From Thermoanaerobaculia bacterium (GTDB lineage: Bacteria > Acidobacteriota > Thermoanaerobaculia > UBA5066), in NCBI GenBank assembly GCA_963816185.1, contig CAWFJJ010000024.1, forward strand, positions 384,001-448,000: 64,000 nt of DNA. Reading direction: 5' to 3'. Below the pieces are notes generated by a model. The model was not told the DNA's origin and did no database searches. It was given only the letters and a program-made list of their open reading frames with translations. Below are positions 18,566 to 27,742 of the stretch, in pieces (the first letter of the stretch is position 1; every line of letters starts with the position of its first letter). A program made the position numbers and the translations under genes.

Positions 18566-20005
18566 ATGACGACCACCGCGAAAATCGGGGCGTTCTTCGT
18601 CGTCGTTCTCGTCGCCCTTGCGATCCTCATCCTGAAGATCGAGGACATCCACATCGGGAAGAAGAAGCGCACGAACACGGCTGACGCGCACTTCAAGGAC
18701 GTCGCGGGCCTCGACGACAAGTCGGCGGTGCGACTCGCCGGGGTGCGGGTCGGCAAGGTGGACAAGATCACTCTGCGGCCGGACGGCACCGCGGTCGTGC
18801 ACCTCGAACTCGACAAGGGCGTCGAGCTGCACGAAGGCGCGACCGCGCAGATTCGGGCCCTCGGCCTCCTCGGCGACAAGTACGTCGAGCTCGCGCCGGG
18901 GGACCTGTCCGCCCCACGCCTCCCAAACGGCGCCCTGCTCGAGGGGGTGTCGGGCACCGGCTTCGACGACATCACGAAGATGGCCGCGGACATCGGGAAG
19001 GACCTCAAGGAGGTCTCGGGCGCGCTCGCGAACTCCCTCGGCGGGCAGAGAGGCGAGGAGAGGCTCAATCGGATCGTCGACAACCTCGGCCGCCTCGCCG
19101 AGTCCCTGCGCGAGCTCGCCGATGCGAACCGAGGCAACGTCGACGCCATCGTCGCGAACCTGAAGCTGCTGTCGGCGCAGCTTCTCGAGACCACCGCGCG
19201 GGTAGACCGGATGCTCGACGAGAACCGGGCGGGCGTGAAGACGGCGGTCTCGAACGCGGACGACATCACGGCGAAGCTCAAAACGACCGCCGACACCCTG
19301 AACTCCATCACGGGCAAGATCGACACGGGGCAGGGCACGATCGGAAAGCTCCTGAACGACGACGAGACGCACAAGAACATCAACGACGCGCTCAAGTCGG
19401 TGAAGGAGGGCGTCGAGCAGCTCTCGGGAACCCTCGGGCGCATCAACCGCCTGCAGCTCGACATCGGATTCCGCGCGGAGTACGCGTCGCGGCTCCGCGA
19501 CAACAAGTACTACTTCACCCTTGACGCCATCCCCCGGGAGGGGAAGTTCTACCGGCTCGAGATCGGCTCGCTTCCCCACGGCAAGCGGGAGGACATCCTC
19601 GAGAATTCCACGGTGACCTTCCCGGACGGCAGTCAGCAGACGATCAATACCACCGGGCAGCGCTACATCGACCAGTTCGTCCTGTCGGCTCAGCTCGGCT
19701 ACAAGCTGAGCAACACGATTCTGCGCGCCGGAATTATCGAGTCGCGCGGCGGCGCCGCGATCGAACAGACTTTCAGGGGCGACACCTTCCGCATTGCGGG
19801 CGAGATCTGGGACTTCACGAGGCCGGACCTGAACGGGCATCTCAAGCTCTACACCCGCTGGAACGCGAGCCCGAACCTCTACGTGACGGGCGGCGTGGAC
19901 GACCTCCTGAATCCGGGACTGAGGTCGCCGTTCCTCGGCGCGGGCATCCGCTGGAAGGACGAAGACCTCAAGGCCCTGCTCGGCAGCATCCCGATCCCGA
20001 AGTAG
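18566..20005 (+). CDS. mlaD: Long MlaD/MCE protein with helical stalk and beta-rich C-terminus
   Basis: N-terminal TM helix. GL...SAVRLAGVRVGKV, GLLGDKYVEL.PG. Located in the mla operon. Confidence 0.88.
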   Translation: MTTTAKIGAFFVVVLVALAILILKIEDIHIGKKKRTNTADAHFKDVAGLDDKSAVRLAGVRVGKVDKITLRPDGTAVVHLELDKGVELHEGATAQIRALGLLGDKYVELAPGDLSAPRLPNGALLEGVSGTGFDDITKMAADIGKDLKEVSGALANSLGGQRGEERLNRIVDNLGRLAESLRELADANRGNVDAIVANLKLLSAQLLETTARVDRMLDENRAGVKTAVSNADDITAKLKTTADTLNSITGKIDTGQGTIGKLLNDDETHKNINDALKSVKEGVEQLSGTLGRINRLQLDIGFRAEYASRLRDNKYYFTLDAIPREGKFYRLEIGSLPHGKREDILENSTVTFPDGSQQTINTTGQRYIDQFVLSAQLGYKLSNTILRAGIIESRGGAAIEQTFRGDTFRIAGEIWDFTRPDLNGHLKLYTRWNASPNLYVTGGVDDLLNPGLRSPFLGAGIRWKDEDLKALLGSIPIPK

Positions 20006-20007
20006 CC

Positions 20008-21366
20008 GTGGTTCGAAAAGCCGCGACGGTCTTCTCGTGCACGGCCTGCGGGGCCCAGAGCCCGCAGTGGATGGGACGCTGCCCGGAGTGCGGGGCGTGG
20101 AGCACGCTCGTGGAGGAACGCGCGGCCGAGGCGCCTCCTCGCGGCGGAGCGATCGTGCCGTCCGGCTCCATGCCGGTCCGGCTGTCCGACGTGACGGCCG
20201 CGGCGGTCCCGCGCATCCCGACGGGCATCGGCGACATGGACCGCGTCCTGGGCGGCGGCCTCGTCCCGGGCTCGGTCGTCCTCGTGGGTGGAGAGCCGGG
20301 TATCGGCAAGTCCACGCTTCTGCTGCAGGTCGCCACCCGCCTCGCCGAACGAGTGGGGTCCGTCCTCTACGTCAGCGCGGAGGAGTCCGCGCGGCAGGTG
20401 AAAATGCGGGCCGATCGGCTCGGAGCCTCGGCGCCGGCACTGTTCCTGCTTCCCGAGACGTCTCTCGAGGCGATTCTCGAGGCGGCGAAGGCCGGAACGT
20501 TCGGGGCGATCGTCGTGGACTCGATCCAGACGATCGCCTCTGCGGACGCGCCCGCCGCCGCGGGCTCGGTCACGCAGGTGCGCGCCTGCGCGGGCCGCCT
20601 CCTGGCGCTCGCGAAGACGACCGGTGTGCCGGTCTTCCTCATCGGCCACGTCACGAAGGACGGGACGCTCGCGGGCCCGAAGACGCTCGAGCACCTCGTG
20701 GACGCGGTCCTGTCGTTCGAAGGCGAACGATTTCACGCGCACCGAGTCGTGCGCGCTCTGAAGAACCGGTTCGGCCCCGTGCACGAGCTGGGGCTCTTCG
20801 AGATGACGGGAGCCGGCCTCGTCGAGGTCGCGAACCCGTCCGCGCTCTACCTCGGCAGCGGCGCCGGAGGGCGGCCCGGCTCGGTGGTCCTCGCGGGCGT
20901 GGAGGGGACGCGGCCGCTGCTCCTGGAAGTCCAGGCCCTCACGGTCGAGGCGAAGTACGGAAGCCCGCGGCGCACCGCGATCGGGTTCGACGGCACGCGC
21001 CTCGCGCTCCTTCTTGCGGTTCTGGAGAGGCACGGCGGATTGTCGCTCTCCTCGCACGACGTGTTCCTGAACGTGGCAGGCGGTGCCGAGAGCGCCGAGC
21101 CGGCTGCCGACCTCGCCGTCTGCTCTGCCGTCGCGGGCAGCTTCCGCGGTCGGGCGCTGCCTCCGTTGACCGCCGTCTTCGGCGAAGTGGGCCTTCTCGG
21201 CGAGGTGCGGGCGGTGTCCGACGCTTCCCTGAGATTGAAGGAAGCCGTCTCGCTCGGCTTTCGCTCCGTTTTCGTTCCGGCGGGAAACGCCGCGGAGGCG
21301 GCGGCGTTCCCGGACCTCTCGGTCACGCCCCTCCGGAGCGTCGAGGAGCTGCTGGGGAGGACGTGA
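20008..21366 (+). CDS. radA: DNA repair protein RadA/Sms
   Basis: C..CG....WMGRCPECG zinc finger, GEPGIGKSTLL, KNRFG. Confidence 0.96.
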   Translation: MVRKAATVFSCTACGAQSPQWMGRCPECGAWSTLVEERAAEAPPRGGAIVPSGSMPVRLSDVTAAAVPRIPTGIGDMDRVLGGGLVPGSVVLVGGEPGIGKSTLLLQVATRLAERVGSVLYVSAEESARQVKMRADRLGASAPALFLLPETSLEAILEAAKAGTFGAIVVDSIQTIASADAPAAAGSVTQVRACAGRLLALAKTTGVPVFLIGHVTKDGTLAGPKTLEHLVDAVLSFEGERFHAHRVVRALKNRFGPVHELGLFEMTGAGLVEVANPSALYLGSGAGGRPGSVVLAGVEGTRPLLLEVQALTVEAKYGSPRRTAIGFDGTRLALLLAVLERHGGLSLSSHDVFLNVAGGAESAEPAADLAVCSAVAGSFRGRALPPLTAVFGEVGLLGEVRAVSDASLRLKEAVSLGFRSVFVPAGNAAEAAAFPDLSVTPLRSVEELLGRT

Positions 21367-21532
21367 CCTTCAGAAGTCGGTTACCGTGCGTTCAGATCAG
21401 GCGGTTCCCACGGGGTCAGCCGGTCCCGGCATCCTGACCGCGGTGTAGGGGTGCAGCGGCATCATGGACAAATCTTCAAGTCTCGCGTAACAGGATGTGC
21501 GCTCATTTACTGATCGATGCAGGAGGCTTTCA

Positions 21533-23521
21533 ATGAAGGGCATGCTCGGTCTCATTCTGCCTGTGGCTCTCCTTCCGGGCTCCGCCCTCGCCTCGTCCCC
21601 CGTGGACGCCCTTTCTGACGTACCTCAGAGCTGGTCGGCCCCGCCGTACTGGTCTGCGCCGGCGATCTCGCAGGGGGAGCAAAGCGGGCGCAGCGCACTC
21701 GCTTCGGGGCGGGACACCCTCGTGACCAGCCCTGTCCCCCTGCCCTTCGTCGCCTTGACGCCCTGCCGCTTGGTTGACACTCGCGGGCTTGTCGCGGCGT
21801 TGCCGGGTGACGGGTTCCTGCCGGCCGCCGTCGTCCGCAGTTACACGCTCGTCGGCGCCTGCAACGTGCCGGCGAACGCGCAGGCGATCTCTCTCAATGC
21901 CACCGTTACGAACCCCACAGGCCCTGGCTTCCTCGTCCTCTGGGCGAAAGGCGGCACCATCCCGCACGTCTCCACTCTCAACTACGTCGCGGGTCAGACG
22001 CTCGCGAACGCCGCCGTCGTTCCGCTGAGCTCCGACGGAAGCATCTCGCTCGTCCTGGGCGTCTCGGGAGGCGATGTCATCCTGGACACGAACGGCTACT
22101 ACGCGGCAACGCCGAGCGTCGCGAGTCTCAACGCGCTGACGGGTGACGTTCTTTTGCGGGCCGGCACGAACGTGACGATCACGCCCGGAAACGGCACGCT
22201 GTCGATCGACGCGGCGGGCGCGACGGGCCCTCAGGGTCCCACTGGTCCGACGGGCGCCACGGGTCCTCAAGGTCCGGCCGGCGCCACCGGCGCGACGGGT
22301 CCAACGGGCTCTCAGGGTCCGATCGGCCTGACCGGCGCCACGGGTCCTCAAGGCCCGACCGGCCCCCCCGGAGGCGGGGCGCCGTCCGGCTCGATGGTGC
22401 TCGGTGCACCGGGCGACACCACGCTGATCGGGGCAGGCTATACCGAGATCGCTCCCTGCCGCTTCGATTACTGGACCCCGACGGCTTCAACGGGCGCGCC
22501 GTTGGCACGCCACTTCCAAACGGCGATCTGGACCGGCACGAAGATGATCGTTTGGGGCGGGTGGAACGGCGACTACCTGAACGACGGCGGCCAGTACGAT
22601 CCGGTCGCGAACGCCTGGACGGCGACGCGACTGAAGAACGCACCTTCTGGACGCTACGGCCACACGGCGGTCTGGACCGGCTCGCAGATGATCGTCTGGG
22701 GCGGGTACGGCGGCTCTTTCCTGAACGACGGCGGCGAGTACGACCCTGCCGCGGACACCTGGACCGCGACGGCGGCAACGGGCGCGCCGGCGGAGCGCTA
22801 CACCCACACGGCGGTCTGGACGGGCTCGAAGATGATTGTCTGGGGCGGGGAAAACGGCAGCGCTGTCTTAAACACTGGCGGCCAGTTCGACCCGGTCGAC
22901 AGAGGCTGGACCCCAACGACGACAACGGGCGCTCCTTCGGTGCGCGCCGTCCACACGGCGATCTGGACCGGCTCGAGGATGATTGTCTGGGGCGGGTACT
23001 TCCCGGGCGTCGTGTACGGCGGCTCTTTCCTGAACGACGGCGGCCGATACGACCCGATCGCGGACACCTGGGCTACGACGAACACTTCGGGCGCGCCGTC
23101 GGCACGCTACGCCCACACGGCGGTCTGGACCGGCTCCGCGATGATCGTCTGGGGCGGATGGAACGGCAGCGCTTTTTTGAACGACGGCGGCGTGTACGAT
23201 CTGGCCGCGGACACTTGGACAGCGACGACGACGGCCCCGCTTTCGGCTCGCACTTATCACACGGCGGTCTGGACCGGCTCGAGGATGATCATTTGGGGCG
23301 GGTCAAGCCCCGGCCCCGCTTACGATAACGACGGCGGCTCGTACGACCCGGTCGCGAAAAACTGGACGCCAGCGACGACGGCGGTGGGCCCTTCGGGGCG
23401 CAACCGCCACACGGCGGTCTGGACCGGCTCCAGGATGATCGTCTGGGGGGGTGCGGGCGCCGCGGGCTACCTTAACGACGGCGGTCAGTGGGCTGGCGTG
23501 TCGCTCTACGTGAAGAACTGA
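21533..23521 (+). CDS. Secreted protein: N-terminal beta domain, collagen-like Gly-X-Y stalk, Kelch propeller
   Basis: Signal peptide and TPCRLVDTR domain. About 17 Gly-X-Y triplets. Seven repeats of [15 protein letters not shown]....LNDGG.YDP....W. Confidence 0.85.
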   Translation: MKGMLGLILPVALLPGSALASSPVDALSDVPQSWSAPPYWSAPAISQGEQSGRSALASGRDTLVTSPVPLPFVALTPCRLVDTRGLVAALPGDGFLPAAVVRSYTLVGACNVPANAQAISLNATVTNPTGPGFLVLWAKGGTIPHVSTLNYVAGQTLANAAVVPLSSDGSISLVLGVSGGDVILDTNGYYAATPSVASLNALTGDVLLRAGTNVTITPGNGTLSIDAAGATGPQGPTGPTGATGPQGPAGATGATGPTGSQGPIGLTGATGPQGPTGPPGGGAPSGSMVLGAPGDTTLIGAGYTEIAPCRFDYWTPTASTGAPLARHFQTAIWTGTKMIVWGGWNGDYLNDGGQYDPVANAWTATRLKNAPSGRYGHTAVWTGSQMIVWGGYGGSFLNDGGEYDPAADTWTATAATGAPAERYTHTAVWTGSKMIVWGGENGSAVLNTGGQFDPVDRGWTPTTTTGAPSVRAVHTAIWTGSRMIVWGGYFPGVVYGGSFLNDGGRYDPIADTWATTNTSGAPSARYAHTAVWTGSAMIVWGGWNGSAFLNDGGVYDLAADTWTATTTAPLSARTYHTAVWTGSRMIIWGGSSPGPAYDNDGGSYDPVAKNWTPATTAVGPSGRNRHTAVWTGSRMIVWGGAGAAGYLNDGGQWAGVSLYVKN

Positions 23522-23527
23522 GAGGAG

Positions 23528-24340
23528 ATGTCGCTCGCTCTCGCGCTGGCCCTTCTCCTCGCGGCGCCGCCGCTGTCCTTTTCAGAGCGCGTGGACGGGG
23601 CGCGAGCGATCGAGCGGGCCCGGTACGCCTTCGTCATCGGCGCGACGAAGCCGTTCGACGACGTGTACCCGCGTTCGGTCTTCGAGAAGAAGGTAAAGCG
23701 CGAGCTGGCCGAGGAGCGTGTCCTCTCGAGCCAGTTCGGAATGCAGGTGACCGCTGAGGTGCTTTCGGCCGAGTACGACCGGATCGAGAAGGAGACCCGC
23801 GCCCCAGACCAGTGGGAGGCTATCCAGAAGGCGCTCGGAGGTTCCCGCCGAGAGATCGAGGAAGTCCTCTGCCGGCCGCTCCTCGTGGACCGCGCCCTCA
23901 GGGCCCGGTTCGCCTTCGACCAGAGGATCCACGAGGCGGAGCAAAAAAAAGCACGCGAGGCGCGCGAGGTGTTCCTCGCGGGAAGGACGCCGAAGGGCTC
24001 GAGCATGATCCGGCTCTCGCGAAAGGCGGAGCCGGGAGTGACAGACGAGCTGCTCGAAAAGGCGCGGAGCGAAGCCCCGGGCCCGAAGATCCTTTCGCCG
24101 GACGAACCGGTGAAGAAGAGCGATGCTCTCGTCCCCATCGATCCCGAGGTGGCGAACGTCCTCGAGAAAGAGCTGAAGACGAAGGGGGACGTTTCGACGA
24201 TCCTGGAGGAGCGAAACCGTTTCTCAGTCTTCCGTCTCGTGGCGTCGGATGCCGGCGAATGGCTTGTCGAGGCCGTCCAGATTCCGAAGCGCGACTTCGA
24301 CCGCTGGCTCGACGCCGCGGTGAGAATCCCGAGTCCCTAG
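23528..24340 (+). CDS. Secreted helical protein, possible SurA-N/parvulin-like chaperone
   Basis: GAGGAG RBS and signal peptide. VTAEVLSAEYDRI. GDVSTILEERNRFSVFRLV resembles a parvulin C-terminus. Confidence 0.55.
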   Translation: MSLALALALLLAAPPLSFSERVDGARAIERARYAFVIGATKPFDDVYPRSVFEKKVKRELAEERVLSSQFGMQVTAEVLSAEYDRIEKETRAPDQWEAIQKALGGSRREIEEVLCRPLLVDRALRARFAFDQRIHEAEQKKAREAREVFLAGRTPKGSSMIRLSRKAEPGVTDELLEKARSEAPGPKILSPDEPVKKSDALVPIDPEVANVLEKELKTKGDVSTILEERNRFSVFRLVASDAGEWLVEAVQIPKRDFDRWLDAAVRIPSP

Positions 24341-24342
24341 GT

Positions 24343-24540
24343 TCAGACCGGACGCCCGCCGAGCAGCCGCGCCGGGAGGAAGAGCAGCGCCTTGAGGAAC
24401 GCGAAGACGCCGCCGACGGCGATCCCGACGAGCTTGAAGGGAAGCAGGATCAGCCAGACGAACGGAAAGGCGACGAGCGCGATCAGGGCGACGGGCCAGC
24501 ACAGGATGAAGAGGATGACCCAGAGGAGGAACTTCACCAT
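24343..24540 (-). CDS. Small hydrophobic membrane protein
   Basis: MVKFLLWVILFILCWPVALIAL... with GGAGG RBS and upstream TATCAT. Confidence 0.75.
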   Translation of the reverse strand: MVKFLLWVILFILCWPVALIALVAFPFVWLILLPFKLVGIAVGGVFAFLKALLFLPARLLGGRPV

Positions 24541-24655
24541 AGGCGGCCTCCGGCGATGATACGGGGTGGCCCCGATGCGGGTTCTCGAGCGCTGATCCTG
24601 TTGCATCATGGTCGGGGGGCATGGCACGTGTGAACGTGTCGCCAGGGAGAGGCCG

Positions 24656-25177
24656 ATGACGAAGCAGCTGGACTTTACGAAGCTCGATCTCATGGACGCG
24701 CTCGATCTCGCCATCCTCATCGAGCAGGAGGCCATGGAGCGTTACGAAGAGCTGACGGCCGTGATGCGCGAGCATCGCACCGAGGAGGCCGCGTCCTTCT
24801 TTCACTTCATGGCGAAGGCCGAGGCGAAGCACGGCGCCGACCTGCTCATTCAGCGGACGAAGCTCTTCGGAAAGACCGCGCGCCGCATCGAGCGCGCGCT
24901 CCTCTGGGACGTCGAGGCACCCGGCTACGAGACCGTCCACGATTTCATGACTCTGCGCGAGGCCTTGAAAGTGGCGATGGACGCCGAGGTGAAGGCGTAC
25001 CACTATTTCAACGAGGCCCTGAAGCTCCCGCTGGCGCCCCCGGTGAAGAAGCTCTTCGAAGAGCTTCGGCAGGAGGAGATTGCCCACCAGGACATGGTCA
25101 AGAGGGAGTTCGCGAAGGCTCCACCGGAGGAAGGCGCCAACCCCGAGGACTTCGCCGACGAGCCGGTGGCCCAGTAG
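24656..25177 (+). CDS. Ferritin-like / rubrerythrin family protein
   Basis: Duplicated AI..E..A...Y / F..(M/L)...E..H diiron motifs. Confidence 0.88.
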   Translation: MTKQLDFTKLDLMDALDLAILIEQEAMERYEELTAVMREHRTEEAASFFHFMAKAEAKHGADLLIQRTKLFGKTARRIERALLWDVEAPGYETVHDFMTLREALKVAMDAEVKAYHYFNEALKLPLAPPVKKLFEELRQEEIAHQDMVKREFAKAPPEEGANPEDFADEPVAQ

Positions 25178-25181
25178 GGTC

Positions 25182-26078
25182 TCAGCCCTCGAACGTCGTT
25201 CCGGTCAGCTTCTCGAACGCCTCGACATAACGCGCGCGCGTGCCTTTGACGACGTCGGGGGGCAGGACGGGCGCCGGGGGCGTCTTGTTCCAGCCTGTCC
25301 TCTCGAGGAAGTCGCGCACGAACTGCTTGTCGAAGGACGGCGGCGAGCTTCCGCTCTTCCACGTGCCCTTCGGCCAGAAGCGCGAGGAGTCTGGGGTGAG
25401 CGCTTCGTCGATCCAGACGACCCCGCCCGCTTCGTCGAGGCCGAACTCGAACTTCGTATCGGCGACGAGGATGCCGCGCGACTCCGCGTAGGCCGCGGCT
25501 CCACGGTAGAGCGCGAGCGTGAGGTCGCGGAGGCGGCCCGCGAGGGCCGCACCCACGGCGGCCGCCACCGCCGAATACGGGACGTTCTCGTCGTGGCCCG
25601 TCTCGGCCTTCGTCGCCGGCGTGAAGATGGGCTCGGGGAGGCGGTCGGCCTCCTTCAGCCCGGCGGGCAGCCGCTGGCCGCAGACGGCGCCGCTCTTCCG
25701 ATAGTCCTTCCAGCCCGAGCCGGCGAGGTACCCGCGGGCGACGCACTCGAAAGGCACGACGCGGCACTTCTTCGCGAGCACGGCGCGCCCGGCGAGAAGA
25801 GAGCGCGAGGAGGCGAGAGGCTCGGGGAAGCGGGCGGCATCGGTCTCGAGGAGGTGGTTCGGGACGACGTCCGCGAATTTCCGAAACCAGAAATTCGAGA
25901 GCCTGGTCAGGATCTTTCCTTTCTCGGGAATTCCGGGGCTGAGGACGGCGTCGAAGGCGGAGATGCGGTCCGTCGCGACGAGGAGGACGCGGTCTTCGAG
26001 GTCGTACACGTCGCGCACCTTGCCGCGGCGCGGAGGCGGCAGGCCCGGCAGGAGGGTTTCGAGGACGGCATCGGCCAT
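25182..26078 (-). CDS. purC: SAICAR synthase
   Basis: RGKVRDVY, ATDRISAFD, ECVARGYLAGSGW, ADTKFEFG, TPDSSRFW, DKQFVRD. Confidence 0.97.
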   Translation of the reverse strand: MADAVLETLLPGLPPPRRGKVRDVYDLEDRVLLVATDRISAFDAVLSPGIPEKGKILTRLSNFWFRKFADVVPNHLLETDAARFPEPLASSRSLLAGRAVLAKKCRVVPFECVARGYLAGSGWKDYRKSGAVCGQRLPAGLKEADRLPEPIFTPATKAETGHDENVPYSAVAAAVGAALAGRLRDLTLALYRGAAAYAESRGILVADTKFEFGLDEAGGVVWIDEALTPDSSRFWPKGTWKSGSSPPSFDKQFVRDFLERTGWNKTPPAPVLPPDVVKGTRARYVEAFEKLTGTTFEG

Positions 26079-26149
26079 CGCGCGATTGTAGGGCACGCGC
26101 CGCGCTAGACTTCGCTCGCTTCCGGCCTTAGGCCCAATCGGAGGTTCTG

Positions 26150-27691
26150 TTGCTCAAGATCTCGATCCAAAGTGGTAAGGCGCACGCCCCGAGGGCGGAC
26201 GCGCTCGTTGTCTTCGCGGCCGGCAAGTCAAGGAAGGAAAGTCTTTCTTCGCTGCCGGCGGACCTGCGTGCCCTCGTGGCTGCGGCCGCGCCCGCCGAGC
26301 CCTCGGCGGACGGCGCCGTCTTCACGCTTCCTCTCCGTGGAGGCAAGGGGGCCGCGCGCCTCTACGTCCTTGGCGCGGGCAAGGAGACCGAAATCTCGCC
26401 GCGCAAGGCACGCGGCCTGCTGCGGGCCGCCGCGAAGACGCTGAACCGGAGCGGCGAATCGTCGGCCATCCTCGATTTCGCGCTCGGCATCAAGCGGATG
26501 GATGCGAAGGAGGCGCGAGAGTTCATCTTGCGCTCGCTCTTCCTCGCCGATTACGGCTTTCCTCGCTACAAGTCGAAAGACGCCGAGAAGACGCCGCTCG
26601 CCGCGATCGCCGTCGAGCCCCTCGGCGCGTTCCAGGGCATCGAGGCCCGTGAAATCGACGAGGCGCGCGCCGTCGCGCGTGTGGCCCGCCTCGTCCGCGA
26701 TCTCGGCAATACGCCGTCGAACGACATGCTTCCGCGCAATTTCGCGGACCGCGTCCGGAAGGAAGCGAAGACACGCGGCGTGAAGGTGACGGTCCTCGAC
26801 AAGAAGGCGATCCGGAAGGAGCGGATGGGCGGCCTCCTCGCGGTGAACCGCGGCGCTGCCGAGGAGCCGCGCGTCGTCGTCCTCGAGTACCGGGGAGGCC
26901 GGAAAGGCGAGGCGCCCGTGGCGCTCGTGGGAAAGGGCGTCACCTTCGATTCCGGCGGGATCTCGATCAAGCCCGCAGACAAGATGGGCGACATGAAGTG
27001 GGACATGATGGGCGCGGCCACGGCGATGGGCGCGGTCCTGGCCGCCGCGGACCTTCGCCTCGGCGTCAACCTCGTCGGGATCGCGGCCCTCACCGAGAAT
27101 CTGCCCTCGGGCTCCTCGTACAAACCGGGCGACATCGTGAGATTCCGCAACGGCAAGACGGCCGAGATCGACAACACGGATGCCGAGGGACGCGTCATCC
27201 TCGCGGACGCGCTCGACTATGCGGCCGAATGGAAGCCCGCGGTCATCCTGGATTACGCGACGCTCACGGGTGCGGCTCTCGTGGCGCTCGGTCTCGAGGC
27301 GGCGATCGTGTTCACGGACGACGACGCCCTCGCGAGGGAGCTCGTGAAGGCCGGGGAGCGGACGGACGAGCGCCTCTGGCGCCTCCCGATGTGGGAGGAG
27401 TACCGCGAGAACATCCGGTCCGACTGGGCCGACATGAAGAACACGGGCGGCCGGTGGGGCGGCTCGATCAACGGCGCGATGTTCCTCAAGGAATTCGTGG
27501 ATCCGAAGAGGCCTTGGGCGCACCTCGACATCGCGGGAACGGCCTTTTACGACCGCGAGTACGCGGGTTATCCCGTCGGAGCGACGTCCTTCGGGCTGGG
27601 CCTCACGCTGCGCTGGCTGAAGGACGGCTGGAGGGGAAGAAGAAAAGGAAATGACTTGAGGGAGAAAGAGAGAGAAGAAAGATTTGCTTAG
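26150..27691 (+). CDS. pepA: Leucyl aminopeptidase (M17)
   Basis: VGKGVTFDSGGISIK, MKWDM, NTDAEGR, ATLTGA, WAHLDIAG. Confidence 0.95.
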   Translation: MLKISIQSGKAHAPRADALVVFAAGKSRKESLSSLPADLRALVAAAAPAEPSADGAVFTLPLRGGKGAARLYVLGAGKETEISPRKARGLLRAAAKTLNRSGESSAILDFALGIKRMDAKEAREFILRSLFLADYGFPRYKSKDAEKTPLAAIAVEPLGAFQGIEAREIDEARAVARVARLVRDLGNTPSNDMLPRNFADRVRKEAKTRGVKVTVLDKKAIRKERMGGLLAVNRGAAEEPRVVVLEYRGGRKGEAPVALVGKGVTFDSGGISIKPADKMGDMKWDMMGAATAMGAVLAAADLRLGVNLVGIAALTENLPSGSSYKPGDIVRFRNGKTAEIDNTDAEGRVILADALDYAAEWKPAVILDYATLTGAALVALGLEAAIVFTDDDALARELVKAGERTDERLWRLPMWEEYRENIRSDWADMKNTGGRWGGSINGAMFLKEFVDPKRPWAHLDIAGTAFYDREYAGYPVGATSFGLGLTLRWLKDGWRGRRKGNDLREKEREERFA

Positions 27692-27742
27692 AAGGGAAAA
27701 AGAAAAAGAAGAAAGACATGGCAGCCGCCGAATAGCAGAAAG

